39,903 bases of DNA from Luminiphilus sp. (lineage in GTDB: Bacteria; Pseudomonadota; Gammaproteobacteria; Pseudomonadales; Halieaceae): contig CBFHSJ010000004.1 of NCBI GenBank assembly GCA_965658485.1, positions 1 to 39,903 of the forward strand. The letters are read 5' to 3'. The notes under the pieces are model-generated. The model saw only the letters and a program-made list of their open reading frames with translations. It was not told the DNA's origin and searched no databases. This document shows, one piece after another, positions 9,197 through 17,506 of the stretch. The position numbers and the translations under genes are program-made. The number at the start of each line of letters is the position of its first letter. Within the stretch, counting starts at the first letter, position 1.

Positions 9197-10098
9197 TGCA
9201 CCGTATGGCGCAATACCTGTTGGTAGCCGTTGAAGTTCGGCACCTCGTCGAGCAGACCTTTTTCCTTCAGCAATACGCGAAAACCAGGCAAGCGATAACA
9301 GGGCACAGCGGGCAGCAGGTGATGCTCGAGGTGGTAGTTCACAAAGTGCGGAGCCATCAGAAAACGCTGCCACACCGGCGCTTCAACCGTACGGGTATTA
9401 AAACGGGGATCGGGGTTATCCGCATCGGGCACTGCCGCGTGCTCCGCGATTTGTCGCAGTCGTGCCACCAGCATATAAGACGTCATCAGGCTCGCAAACC
9501 AGAGCCACCAAGTCCAGCCAATGCCCAGCAACATCAGGATACCGGCCAGCGCCGCCTGCACTCCGATCTGCTTGAGCAACAAGGATTTGCCATCCGAGCT
9601 GCGGCCACCAAAGTGAGCTAACCCGCCGCGCAGGATACCGGCTATCAATTTAAATCCGGTCTGCCCAGTCAGATCTCGCACCACCTTGCGCCGAAAGCTT
9701 ATGCCATCGACGGGGTAAGCCCGATAATTGGGGAGATCGGGATCATCGGCCGTTCCAGCCAGCCGGTGGTGATCGAGATGCCCGGTGGCATAGGCAGTCA
9801 GATCATTCAGCGTTGGCAGGGCACACAGCCACTGTCCCACCCACTGATTCAATACACGGCTGGCGAACAGGGTGTTGTGACCAGCCTCGTGCATGAGTAC
9901 CGACAATCCCAGCTGGCGCCCTGCCAATAGTATCCATACCAATAAGATCGTAATGGGATGTGGCAAAGCGCCCGCAAGTAGCAGCAACCCAATCGCCAGC
10001 GCCCAAGTCGAGAGCACCAGCCACCAGGCCCACAGATCGCTGCGCCTCAGCACCTGCTCCCGCTCCGCGGGGGTCAGATAGTTATTGATCTTCAGCAT
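9187..10098 (-). CDS. Membrane fatty-acid desaturase family protein
   Basis: His boxes HEAGH, HLDHH and NYHLEHH, plus QIAEH, with hydrophobic segments. ATG 10098 preceded by GAGGT. Confidence 0.88.
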   Translation of the reverse strand: MLKINNYLTPAEREQVLRRSDLWAWWLVLSTWALAIGLLLLAGALPHPITILLVWILLAGRQLGLSVLMHEAGHNTLFASRVLNQWVGQWLCALPTLNDLTAYATGHLDHHRLAGTADDPDLPNYRAYPVDGISFRRKVVRDLTGQTGFKLIAGILRGGLAHFGGRSSDGKSLLLKQIGVQAALAGILMLLGIGWTWWLWFASLMTSYMLVARLRQIAEHAAVPDADNPDPRFNTRTVEAPVWQRFLMAPHFVNYHLEHHLLPAVPCYRLPGFRVLLKEKGLLDEVPNFNGYQQVLRHTVQWG

Positions 10099-10238
10099 GC
10101 CCACCTCATCATGAGTCAATTATCAGTGATTTGCGTGGCACCGCAAACGGGTTGAGCGTCTGACTTCTCAGAATTCACTCAGGCGTCAACGTTAGCAGAG
10201 GCTTTGGGAAATCTGGGATCTTACAGAGCTTCAGGGAA

Positions 10239-11960
10239 TTAAAGGGGAAACACCCGCGGCAGCAGCACCAGAACAACAATGGAGTAGGACAGCGATATCA
10301 GCCAGCCAAAGCGCAGGTAATCCGCGCGGGTGTAGCCGCCAAGGTTCTGCACCATCAGGTTAGTGGTGTAGCCGTAGGGCGTAAGGAATGAGGCGCTGCC
10401 ACCGAGCGCCACCGCCATCACAAATGCCATAGGATCAAGCCCCGCGGTGAGCGCCAATGTGTACCCCAACGGAAACATCAGGGCGGCCGCAGCATTGTTG
10501 GTAATGAGTTCGGTCATCGCCAATGTCAGGAGGTAGACCAAAATCAGCATGGCTATCGGTGGCACGCTACCAATAAGAGGTCCGAGGAAAGTCATGGCAT
10601 GCCCCATGAACCCGGAATCCATCACCGCCTGACTGATGGCAAGCGCGGAAGAGACAATCAACCACATTTCGAAGGGGAAGCGACGCCGCAACTCAGCCGC
10701 ACTGAATAATTTCAGGGCCAGCATCAGTAATAGTAAAAACATCAGGCCTGTCGCGAGGGGCACCCAGCCAAGCACGGAACACCCCACCGCCATGAACATA
10801 CCGGCGGCGACCGCGAAGCTCTTGCCGCTGGATAAGCTGTGACTGGCGACGCTGCTATCCACGATCAGAAAATTCCGGCTGAGGTTACTGCGCTTCTGAA
10901 AGTCGGGACCCACCGCCAGCATCAGCGAATCACCTGCGCGCAACGTAATGTTGCCCAGCTGACCCGACAATCGCTCACCGTCGCGGTGCACACCGACAAC
11001 CGCCGCATCAAATCGCGAACGGAACTCGCTGTCTTTTATGGTCTGACCGATCACCGCAGCACCAGGTAACAACACGACCTCAGTCAGATTGGTGCCCAGC
11101 AAGCCTTGATCGATCGCAAACGAACGCAAACCATGAAAGCGCTCCAGAATGCCGACCTTCGACACGTCACCTGAGAAGATCAGTCGATCACCCGCCTCCA
11201 GCTGCTCGCCAGGAGACACAGGAGTTAACAGACGGCCCTCGCGCACCAGCTCAACCAAGAACAATTCACCCAGATCGCGCAGGCCGTTTTCGGCCACACT
11301 TTTACCGATCAACCGGGAGTCGTCGCCCACGATCATCTCGATGAGAAAATCATTAAAAGGAAGCCCGTCCTGATCCGAGCGCGGCAGCACTTTGTGCATC
11401 AGCAGCATGGCCAGCAGCCCTGCTATCGCTGCTGGCAGCGCCACTGGCAGAAAGGCAAAAAACGCGATGCCCTCGCCAGTCACATCCTCTAGAAAACTGC
11501 TGACAATCAAGTTGGTCGAGGTGCCAATCAGGGTCAACGTGCCACCCAAAATCGCTGCATAGGAAATAGGCAGCAGTATCTGGCTAGCCGCGTGATACGG
11601 ATTTTTACGGAGCGTGCCCGCGAGCGTGGCCACTACGGCGGTATTGTTCACAAACGCCGAGAACACCATGGTCATACCCGACAGACTCAACAGGGTTCTG
11701 GATAACGACCCCTTCACAGCTTTGTTGGACAGCGCCAATAGCCAGGGCAGGCGCTCCAGACCAATGGAGACCAGTAAGAGCAGTAACAAAGTTACCAAGC
11801 CTTCATTGGTGGCCTTGCTCATTACTGTTTGCATATCGATCGGACCGACGAGCACACAGGCGGCCATCGCCGCTGTAAACAGCAGTGCCGGCGACAGGCG
11901 ACTGAAGATCAACATGACAATCAGCGTCGCCAGAATCAGCGCAACGAGCGTGGGCTCCAT
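10239..11960 (-). CDS. SLC13/DASS family permease with two TrkA-C domains (sulfate or di/tricarboxylate)
   Basis: SAFVNNTAVV, GGTLTLIGTSTNL, TELITNNAAA, FLTPYGYTTNLMV. Central soluble TrkA-C repeats. Confidence 0.88.
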   Translation of the reverse strand: MEPTLVALILATLIVMLIFSRLSPALLFTAAMAACVLVGPIDMQTVMSKATNEGLVTLLLLLLVSIGLERLPWLLALSNKAVKGSLSRTLLSLSGMTMVFSAFVNNTAVVATLAGTLRKNPYHAASQILLPISYAAILGGTLTLIGTSTNLIVSSFLEDVTGEGIAFFAFLPVALPAAIAGLLAMLLMHKVLPRSDQDGLPFNDFLIEMIVGDDSRLIGKSVAENGLRDLGELFLVELVREGRLLTPVSPGEQLEAGDRLIFSGDVSKVGILERFHGLRSFAIDQGLLGTNLTEVVLLPGAAVIGQTIKDSEFRSRFDAAVVGVHRDGERLSGQLGNITLRAGDSLMLAVGPDFQKRSNLSRNFLIVDSSVASHSLSSGKSFAVAAGMFMAVGCSVLGWVPLATGLMFLLLLMLALKLFSAAELRRRFPFEMWLIVSSALAISQAVMDSGFMGHAMTFLGPLIGSVPPIAMLILVYLLTLAMTELITNNAAAALMFPLGYTLALTAGLDPMAFVMAVALGGSASFLTPYGYTTNLMVQNLGGYTRADYLRFGWLISLSYSIVVLVLLPRVFPL

Positions 11961-12135
11961 ACTCCGCCTAACATTGGGTCCAATCCTCAGAATACGCGTT
12001 CTTTAGGTGACACAAAAAGCCCGAAATCTGGTTATCCTGCCGCTTCGCCGATAAGCTCGCAGGCGTTATGAGCGCATACCATCCGCCCTGCGACGTTGGC
12101 CACGCACCATTTATAAATTGATTGAGGAATGAACC

Positions 12136-12513
12136 ATGCTTGCCTATACGACTCTCGGCGTCTCAGATTTTGAGCGCGCCAAATCTTTTTACGAGGCGCT
12201 GCTCGGTGTTATTGGCGCAAAGGAAGTGGTGGGCACTGAGCGGATCGCGCTCTATGGCCATGACGTGGCTAGCCCCATGCTGGCCGTGTGTATTCCCTAC
12301 GACGAGGGAGAACCCGGCGCGGGTAATGGCACGATGGTCGCCATTCGCGCAGGCGGCCCTGCCGAATGTGACGCCATGTACGAGAAGGCCATCGAACTAG
12401 GTGCGACCTGTGACGGCCCACCCGGGGAGCGTATGCCCGGCTTTTTCTATGGCGCTTATGTACGCGACCCCGACGGTAACAAGCTATGTTTCTGCCAGAT
12501 TGGTCCGCAGTAA
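12136..12513 (+). CDS. VOC/glyoxalase family protein
   Basis: TLGVSDFERAKSFY, GNGTMVA, G.PGER, FYGAYVRDPDGNKL. SD GAGGA. Confidence 0.88.
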   Translation: MLAYTTLGVSDFERAKSFYEALLGVIGAKEVVGTERIALYGHDVASPMLAVCIPYDEGEPGAGNGTMVAIRAGGPAECDAMYEKAIELGATCDGPPGERMPGFFYGAYVRDPDGNKLCFCQIGPQ

Positions 12514-12568
12514 TTCACAAACCAATGCTTTTCTTGCTCTGATTCATTTTCACCATTGGAGGCCGGTA

Positions 12569-13756
12569 GTGCGTCTCTCACCTCTGTTAACCAAATTGGC
12601 TGCGCTCTGCATCAGTTTCAGCAGCGCGCAAGTGTGGCCCCACGCCAAGACGGACATCGTCACGGTGGATAATGGCGATCAAATTACGGGGGCCGTAAAC
12701 GCCATGTCGTCGGGAAAACTGTCCTTGAGCACCGACTACGCAGGCATCGTTAATATCAAATGGCGTGAGGTGAGGCAGATCGAGAGTCGATATATTTACG
12801 AGGTGAGGCTTGATGACGGCGAGCGGATGTACGGGCGCTTTGTTGGCAACGACATACCGAATCAGCTGACTTTTCAGTCTGGCACAGTCAATCGACAGGT
12901 CGACATTGACGACATCGTCGAGGTCCGATCGATTGAGAATGAACTGGCAGACAAACTCGATTTGGCACTAGGCGCTACTGTTTATGCTGACCCCAATACC
13001 CAAACGCTGGTGCTGAATGCACGGGGGCAATACGACGTGCGCGGTGGTCGAACCAACTTTCAGGCCAGCATCAACGATACTCGCACCAGCATAAAAAGCG
13101 GTGCCGGAGAGCCCCCCTGTGATTGCTCCGAGAATCCGGACGAAGGCACTGTCGACACGGCTGAAGCCTCTGCGAATGAGAAAACCGAGAGCAGTAACGC
13201 CTCGAGCTTCGAAATTTCGAGAGAATTTTGGCGGGAGCGCGGCACTGCCCAGTCTTATCGTGTTTTGAACGCTCGCTACGAAACGAACGACGAGCTAGGC
13301 ATTGCGCATCGCGGCTCACTGGGCTTCGGTTTAGGGCGCTACCTGATCAACGATCTCGGTAATGAGTTGGCGATTTCGGCAGGGCTCCAAGGCGTGCAGG
13401 AGCGGAGAAAAACCTGCGACGATCAAACAGGAGGCTCGCGAGAAACAACCCCCATTGAGGATGATGCGAGGGAAACGTGCAACGACGCTGAGCTATTTCT
13501 GAATGTTAAGTGGCACCTTTACAGCTTTCAAACTCTCGATATGGACATCTCGCTCAATGGCAATACCTATCCGTCATTATCTGACTGGGGGCGCGTGCGC
13601 GGCGATCTGAAGCTATTGATCAATTGGGAGCTGTTCGACAGTTTTTATTGGACGGTCGATGCGCAAACCATCATCGACAGTGCGGGCGACCGGGACGATA
13701 ACTCGTTGAGCAACAGTGACTATACGATCTCGACGGGAGTGACCTGGCGGTATTGA
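12569..13756 (+). CDS. Outer-membrane beta-barrel protein, DUF481-like, with acidic Cys-containing insertions
   Basis: GGAGG SD before GTG 12569. Signal peptide, D.V...NGD.ITG N-domain, alternating beta-strands, C-terminal GVTWRY barrel signature. Confidence 0.72.
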   Translation: MRLSPLLTKLAALCISFSSAQVWPHAKTDIVTVDNGDQITGAVNAMSSGKLSLSTDYAGIVNIKWREVRQIESRYIYEVRLDDGERMYGRFVGNDIPNQLTFQSGTVNRQVDIDDIVEVRSIENELADKLDLALGATVYADPNTQTLVLNARGQYDVRGGRTNFQASINDTRTSIKSGAGEPPCDCSENPDEGTVDTAEASANEKTESSNASSFEISREFWRERGTAQSYRVLNARYETNDELGIAHRGSLGFGLGRYLINDLGNELAISAGLQGVQERRKTCDDQTGGSRETTPIEDDARETCNDAELFLNVKWHLYSFQTLDMDISLNGNTYPSLSDWGRVRGDLKLLINWELFDSFYWTVDAQTIIDSAGDRDDNSLSNSDYTISTGVTWRY

Positions 13757-13804
13757 GGTCGGCAGTACCGAGGGATAGGACCACTCAAAAATCGGCTCAC
13801 CGGT

Positions 13805-15532
13805 TTATCTGGCGGGCGTCGACTCAGTCTGCTGTGCCATATGCACGTCGCGCTGCGGGAACGGGATGGTAATGCCCTCGGCGTCGAAGCGCTGTTTGAC
13901 CGCTTTATTGAGCGCCCACAATGTCTCCCAGAACTCCCCGGTTCTCGCATAGGCGCGGACCAGGAAGTCGATTGAGGAATCACTGAATTGCTTGACCCGG
14001 ACGATGGGCGCCGGCTCGGTCAAGAAACGCTCATCTGAGGCAACGAGTTCTTCCAGCACGCGCTGCACATGATCAAGATCGTCGCTGTAGCTCACGCTGT
14101 AAGTCACATCGGTGCGTCGCAAATGCTGCCCTGTGAAATTCATGATCACACCGCCCCAAATCTTGCTATTGGGGATGATCAACACGCGGTTATCAATGGT
14201 GACGATCGTGGTGTTGACCAAATTCATCTTGCGGACTTCACCTTCCACATCGGCCGCAGAGATGAAATCACCGGTATCAAAAGGTCGATAGGCAAGAATC
14301 ATGGCGCCTGCCGCAAAGTTACTCAGGGTATCCTGTAGCGCAAAGCCGACAATAAAGCCCACCACGCCCAGACCGGCGATCATTGGCGTGACCGACACAC
14401 CCACCTGCGACAAAGCGACCAATGCTCCCACCAGGAACACGATGGTACCGGAAATGGAGATCAGCATTTCTTTCAACAGCTGCGAAACGGACTGGTCGGA
14501 GTGCCGCAGCGCCCGTTCGGTCACGCGTCGTGTCATGCGCGCTAGCCACCGTGCCACGATCAGAATGGCGACGAAGAGACATGCTGAAAGCAATGTGCTG
14601 GCACCACGATTGGCGAGCCAATCTTTGAACTTGGCGGTCGCCTCGGCGTAGAGCACACTAACGATGTCCGTATCGACCAGCGACAGGGCCAGACTTCCGC
14701 GCTCCTCGATCAGCGTACGCCGCATTTCCAGAGTATCGCCCCCCAAGCGGTCGAGCTGCGCCACCACACCTCTCAGGCGCATCACCGACAGCTGCAAACG
14801 CTCTGACTCATGCCGCGCCGCCTGAATCAGATCCGAGTCGGTGCCATCCGTCGCCTGTCGCTCCGCCAGCATTTTGAGGCCGTACTGGTGGAGATGAATC
14901 AGGCCCATCATTTCCTCACCAAACCACGTCAGGGTCCGCACCACTTTCTCGCGCAGGCTGGTGTCATCAATGTCCAATGCGACGAGGAGGAGCACCTGCT
15001 CTGTCGACAGCTCCAAGTACTGCAGGCGCTGAACGTCCACCAATTCAGCAAAGGACTCCTCCGCCAACAAAGCCGGCCCTGAGAGATCAGCCTGAAGCTC
15101 CAGCGACTCGTTCAGGCGCGTGGTTAGGCTGATAAAGCGGTCCACTAGCGCCTGCTCGATCAAGTCACCGCGAGCGCGCATCAGTTGATCTAACGTGTCG
15201 CGCTCGGGGGCATCCCCAGGAAGCGCCAACACCCTATCCGCCAGCGACATAATGCGGCGCAGCACGTGGATCGTTTTTTCATCGCGACGAATCTCAAGCG
15301 TGCGTCTCCGCTCAGAGGACTCGGGCATGGGGTAGCTCTCGAATGTGCGCAGGGAGGCGAGCTCTTTCGAGACCTTCTCTGACAGCTGAGCAATGGTCAA
15401 CTCACTGGCGGCAGGCGGTCCTGCAACGTCTATCTCCTGCGCGACAACAACGGCAGCCCATAAGAGCATCACAGCGGCGATAGTGAATCGCGTCCATCTA
15501 CTCAGTATGCTTATCGTAGATTGTCGCGTCAT
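13805..15532 (-). CDS. MscS-family mechanosensitive channel with large periplasmic helical N-domain
   Basis: GFALQDTLSNFAAG, RPFDTGD, IPNSKIW, GITIPFPQRDVH. N-terminal signal peptide. Confidence 0.9.
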   Translation of the reverse strand: MTRQSTISILSRWTRFTIAAVMLLWAAVVVAQEIDVAGPPAASELTIAQLSEKVSKELASLRTFESYPMPESSERRRTLEIRRDEKTIHVLRRIMSLADRVLALPGDAPERDTLDQLMRARGDLIEQALVDRFISLTTRLNESLELQADLSGPALLAEESFAELVDVQRLQYLELSTEQVLLLVALDIDDTSLREKVVRTLTWFGEEMMGLIHLHQYGLKMLAERQATDGTDSDLIQAARHESERLQLSVMRLRGVVAQLDRLGGDTLEMRRTLIEERGSLALSLVDTDIVSVLYAEATAKFKDWLANRGASTLLSACLFVAILIVARWLARMTRRVTERALRHSDQSVSQLLKEMLISISGTIVFLVGALVALSQVGVSVTPMIAGLGVVGFIVGFALQDTLSNFAAGAMILAYRPFDTGDFISAADVEGEVRKMNLVNTTIVTIDNRVLIIPNSKIWGGVIMNFTGQHLRRTDVTYSVSYSDDLDHVQRVLEELVASDERFLTEPAPIVRVKQFSDSSIDFLVRAYARTGEFWETLWALNKAVKQRFDAEGITIPFPQRDVHMAQQTESTPAR

Positions 15533-15536
15533 AGAC

Positions 15537-16598
15537 TTAGGCCGCTTTGCGTCTCTGTTGTGCGGCGCCTGCGAGGGCGTACAAGGTGGAGACCGTCTGC
15601 GCCCAGTCCATGCACGGATCGGTAATGCTCTGGCCGTAGACCAGATTGTTCTTGTCGACCACGTCCTGCCGACCCGCCTCGATAAAGCTCTCTAACATCA
15701 ACCCGATAATACGGCGATCACCACGGGCTACCTGGGTGGCGATATCCTCGGCCACTGACACCTGCCGCGCCGGCTGCTTTCGGCTGTTGGCGTGGCTGGC
15801 GTCAATCATGACGCTCTCGGCTAGCTTGGCCTTGGCAAGCATGGCGCAGGCATCATCTACCGAGAACATATCGTAGTTAGGCTGCGGGCCGCCGCGCAGA
15901 ATAAGATGGCAATATGGATTACCAGCAGTCTCAAAAATCGCCGACTGGCCGCCCTTGGTCACCGACAAAAAATGATGCGAGTGCTGCGCGGCACCGATGG
16001 CATCAACCGCGATCTGCACGTTCCCACCCGTGCCGTTTTTAAAGCCCACCGGACAAGAGAGGCCGCTGGCAAGCTCGCGATGGCTCTGACTCTCGGTCGT
16101 GCGGGCGCCGATGGCCCCCCAGCTCACTAGATCGGCGATGTACTGAGGCGAAATCAGATCCAGATACTCCGTGGCGGTGGGGAGGCCCACGCCATTGATG
16201 TCCAGCAGCAATTGGCGCGCGCGACGCAGGCCCTCGTTGACATCGAACGAGTTATCGAGGTGAGGGTCGTTGATGAGGCCTTTCCAGCCAACCGTGGTCC
16301 GAGGCTTTTCAAAATACACCCGCATCACCACAAAGATGTCTTCTGATACATCGTCTGCCAGCGTTTTGAGTCGCGCGGCATAGTCCATGGCGGCGTCCGG
16401 GTCATGGATCGAGCACGGCCCCACCACGACAACCAGACGGTCGTCGGCCTGTTCCAGAATCGACTGAATCACCCCGCGAGACACATTCACGTGCTGAGCT
16501 AATGGCCCTTCTGCCGGCAGCTCCGCAATGAGCGCCTCGGGCACCACCAGCTCGCGCAGATTCTGAATGCGAAGGTCGTCAGTGTTGGTAGACATCAT
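15537..16598 (-). CDS. aroG: Class I 3-deoxy-7-phosphoheptulonate (DAHP) synthase, AroG/F/H type
   Basis: GPCSIHD, RVYFEKPRTTVGWKG, IGARTTESQ, GFKNGT, DASHANS, GQSITDPC. Feedback specificity cannot be determined from sequence. Confidence 0.93.
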   Translation of the reverse strand: MMSTNTDDLRIQNLRELVVPEALIAELPAEGPLAQHVNVSRGVIQSILEQADDRLVVVVGPCSIHDPDAAMDYAARLKTLADDVSEDIFVVMRVYFEKPRTTVGWKGLINDPHLDNSFDVNEGLRRARQLLLDINGVGLPTATEYLDLISPQYIADLVSWGAIGARTTESQSHRELASGLSCPVGFKNGTGGNVQIAVDAIGAAQHSHHFLSVTKGGQSAIFETAGNPYCHLILRGGPQPNYDMFSVDDACAMLAKAKLAESVMIDASHANSRKQPARQVSVAEDIATQVARGDRRIIGLMLESFIEAGRQDVVDKNNLVYGQSITDPCMDWAQTVSTLYALAGAAQQRRKAA

Positions 16599-16653
16599 CG
16601 ATCGCCGCTTTAACCAAAACGAGTAAACTCAGGAGGATACCACCGCCGGCCGG

Positions 16654-17184
16654 TTAATCTGTGGCCAAGTATTCACTTTCTGCAAGGAGCTCATCGACTA
16701 ATTGACCGATGACATTGGGCGTGACCAGATGTGCGGCATACCAGGTGTGCAGACAGCGAATACGGGTAGGCTCACTGATTCCACCAATGCCACGCTCATC
16801 GAGCGCCGCCTGCATCCCTTTTTCGTTCAGTAGCTGCCGTTCAGCATCGGACAAGAAACGCGATCGCTCCGTCCGATGCTGCGTGTGATCATCGCTCATT
16901 GCCTGCTGCATTTCGGTCGAGGCATCCACTCGACCCTGCAATCGCGCAATCCATCCGGCGGCTTCAAGCCGATCAATCCGCAGACTTAGCTCCGCCCCTA
17001 CCAACCAGTACAGTGTCGGAAAAGGCTTGTTATCGACGACTGAGGCCACACGAATAACCAGCGGCTCACCGCATTCATCCGCCACAGCGATCGCGCGCAG
17101 CCCGCGGGGCTCTCGGCCCAGCAGCTCGGCGACACGGGCGCGTTGATCGCCAGTGAGAGGCGTTTCTTCATGTTCAGGCTGCAT
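16654..17184 (-). CDS. DUF501 family protein (Rv1025-like)
   Basis: LGREPRG, PFPTLYWL, LE..G.I, GIGG....IRCLH..YA.HL, N.IG motifs. Confidence 0.8.
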   Translation of the reverse strand: MQPEHEETPLTGDQRARVAELLGREPRGLRAIAVADECGEPLVIRVASVVDNKPFPTLYWLVGAELSLRIDRLEAAGWIARLQGRVDASTEMQQAMSDDHTQHRTERSRFLSDAERQLLNEKGMQAALDERGIGGISEPTRIRCLHTWYAAHLVTPNVIGQLVDELLAESEYLATD

Positions 17185-17209
17185 GCGCAAATGTTAACAC
17201 CGGGATCGA

Positions 17210-17238
17210 TTGATCCTGGTATCGAGTGCGAGTAAAGT
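17210..17238 (+). promoter_or_regulatory. Sigma70 promoter of the cobalamin operon
   Basis: TTGATC-17 nt-TAAAGT places +1 at about 17245, where riboswitch helix P1 begins. Confidence 0.65.
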
Positions 17239-17245
17239 GCTGCGA

Positions 17246-17397
17246 ATCAGGTGCCTGCCGGTCTCACGATCTGGGCAGGTTAAAAGGGAAGTCCGGTGAG
17301 CTTTAGCAAGTCCGGCGCTGCCCCCGCAACGGTCATCACTAAGGTGAGAGCCCGATACCTGCCTGATCAACACACATCATGTGGAGCGGAGGGCTCC
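17246..17397 (+). ncRNA. Cobalamin riboswitch (short form lacking the P8-P12 extension)
   Basis: P1 ATCAGG/CCTGAT (17246-51/17362-67). TTAAAAGGGAAGTCCGGTG..AAGTCCGGCGCTGCCCCCGCAACGGT core, AGCCCGATACCTGCC B12 box, P13 GGAGC-GGAGG-GCTCC. Lies upstream of btuB and cobO. Confidence 0.93.
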
Positions 17398-17506
17398 TGC
17401 AGGATGCGCTCGATACCCGTGACATCAGCTGTCACGACTGGTCGTGCATCCCCTGCCCCTCGCCCCGAACGTCGTATCGACGGCTTCGACACCAAAAGGG
17501 GAAGGG

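Noticed and set aside
9197-9373. Extended ORF-track N-termini (AGCS here; also aceA, purE, hscA, hscB, iscA, iscR, DUF481, M16C)
   Set aside because: They overlap neighbouring genes or promoters. Downstream starts have SD sites or match family N-termini.
10130-10190. Hairpins TTTGCG/CGCAAA and GTTGA.CGTCTGA/TCAGGCGTCAAC upstream of the desaturase
   Set aside because: Imperfect stems with no known riboswitch motif or U-tract. Compatible with chance pairing in GC-rich DNA.
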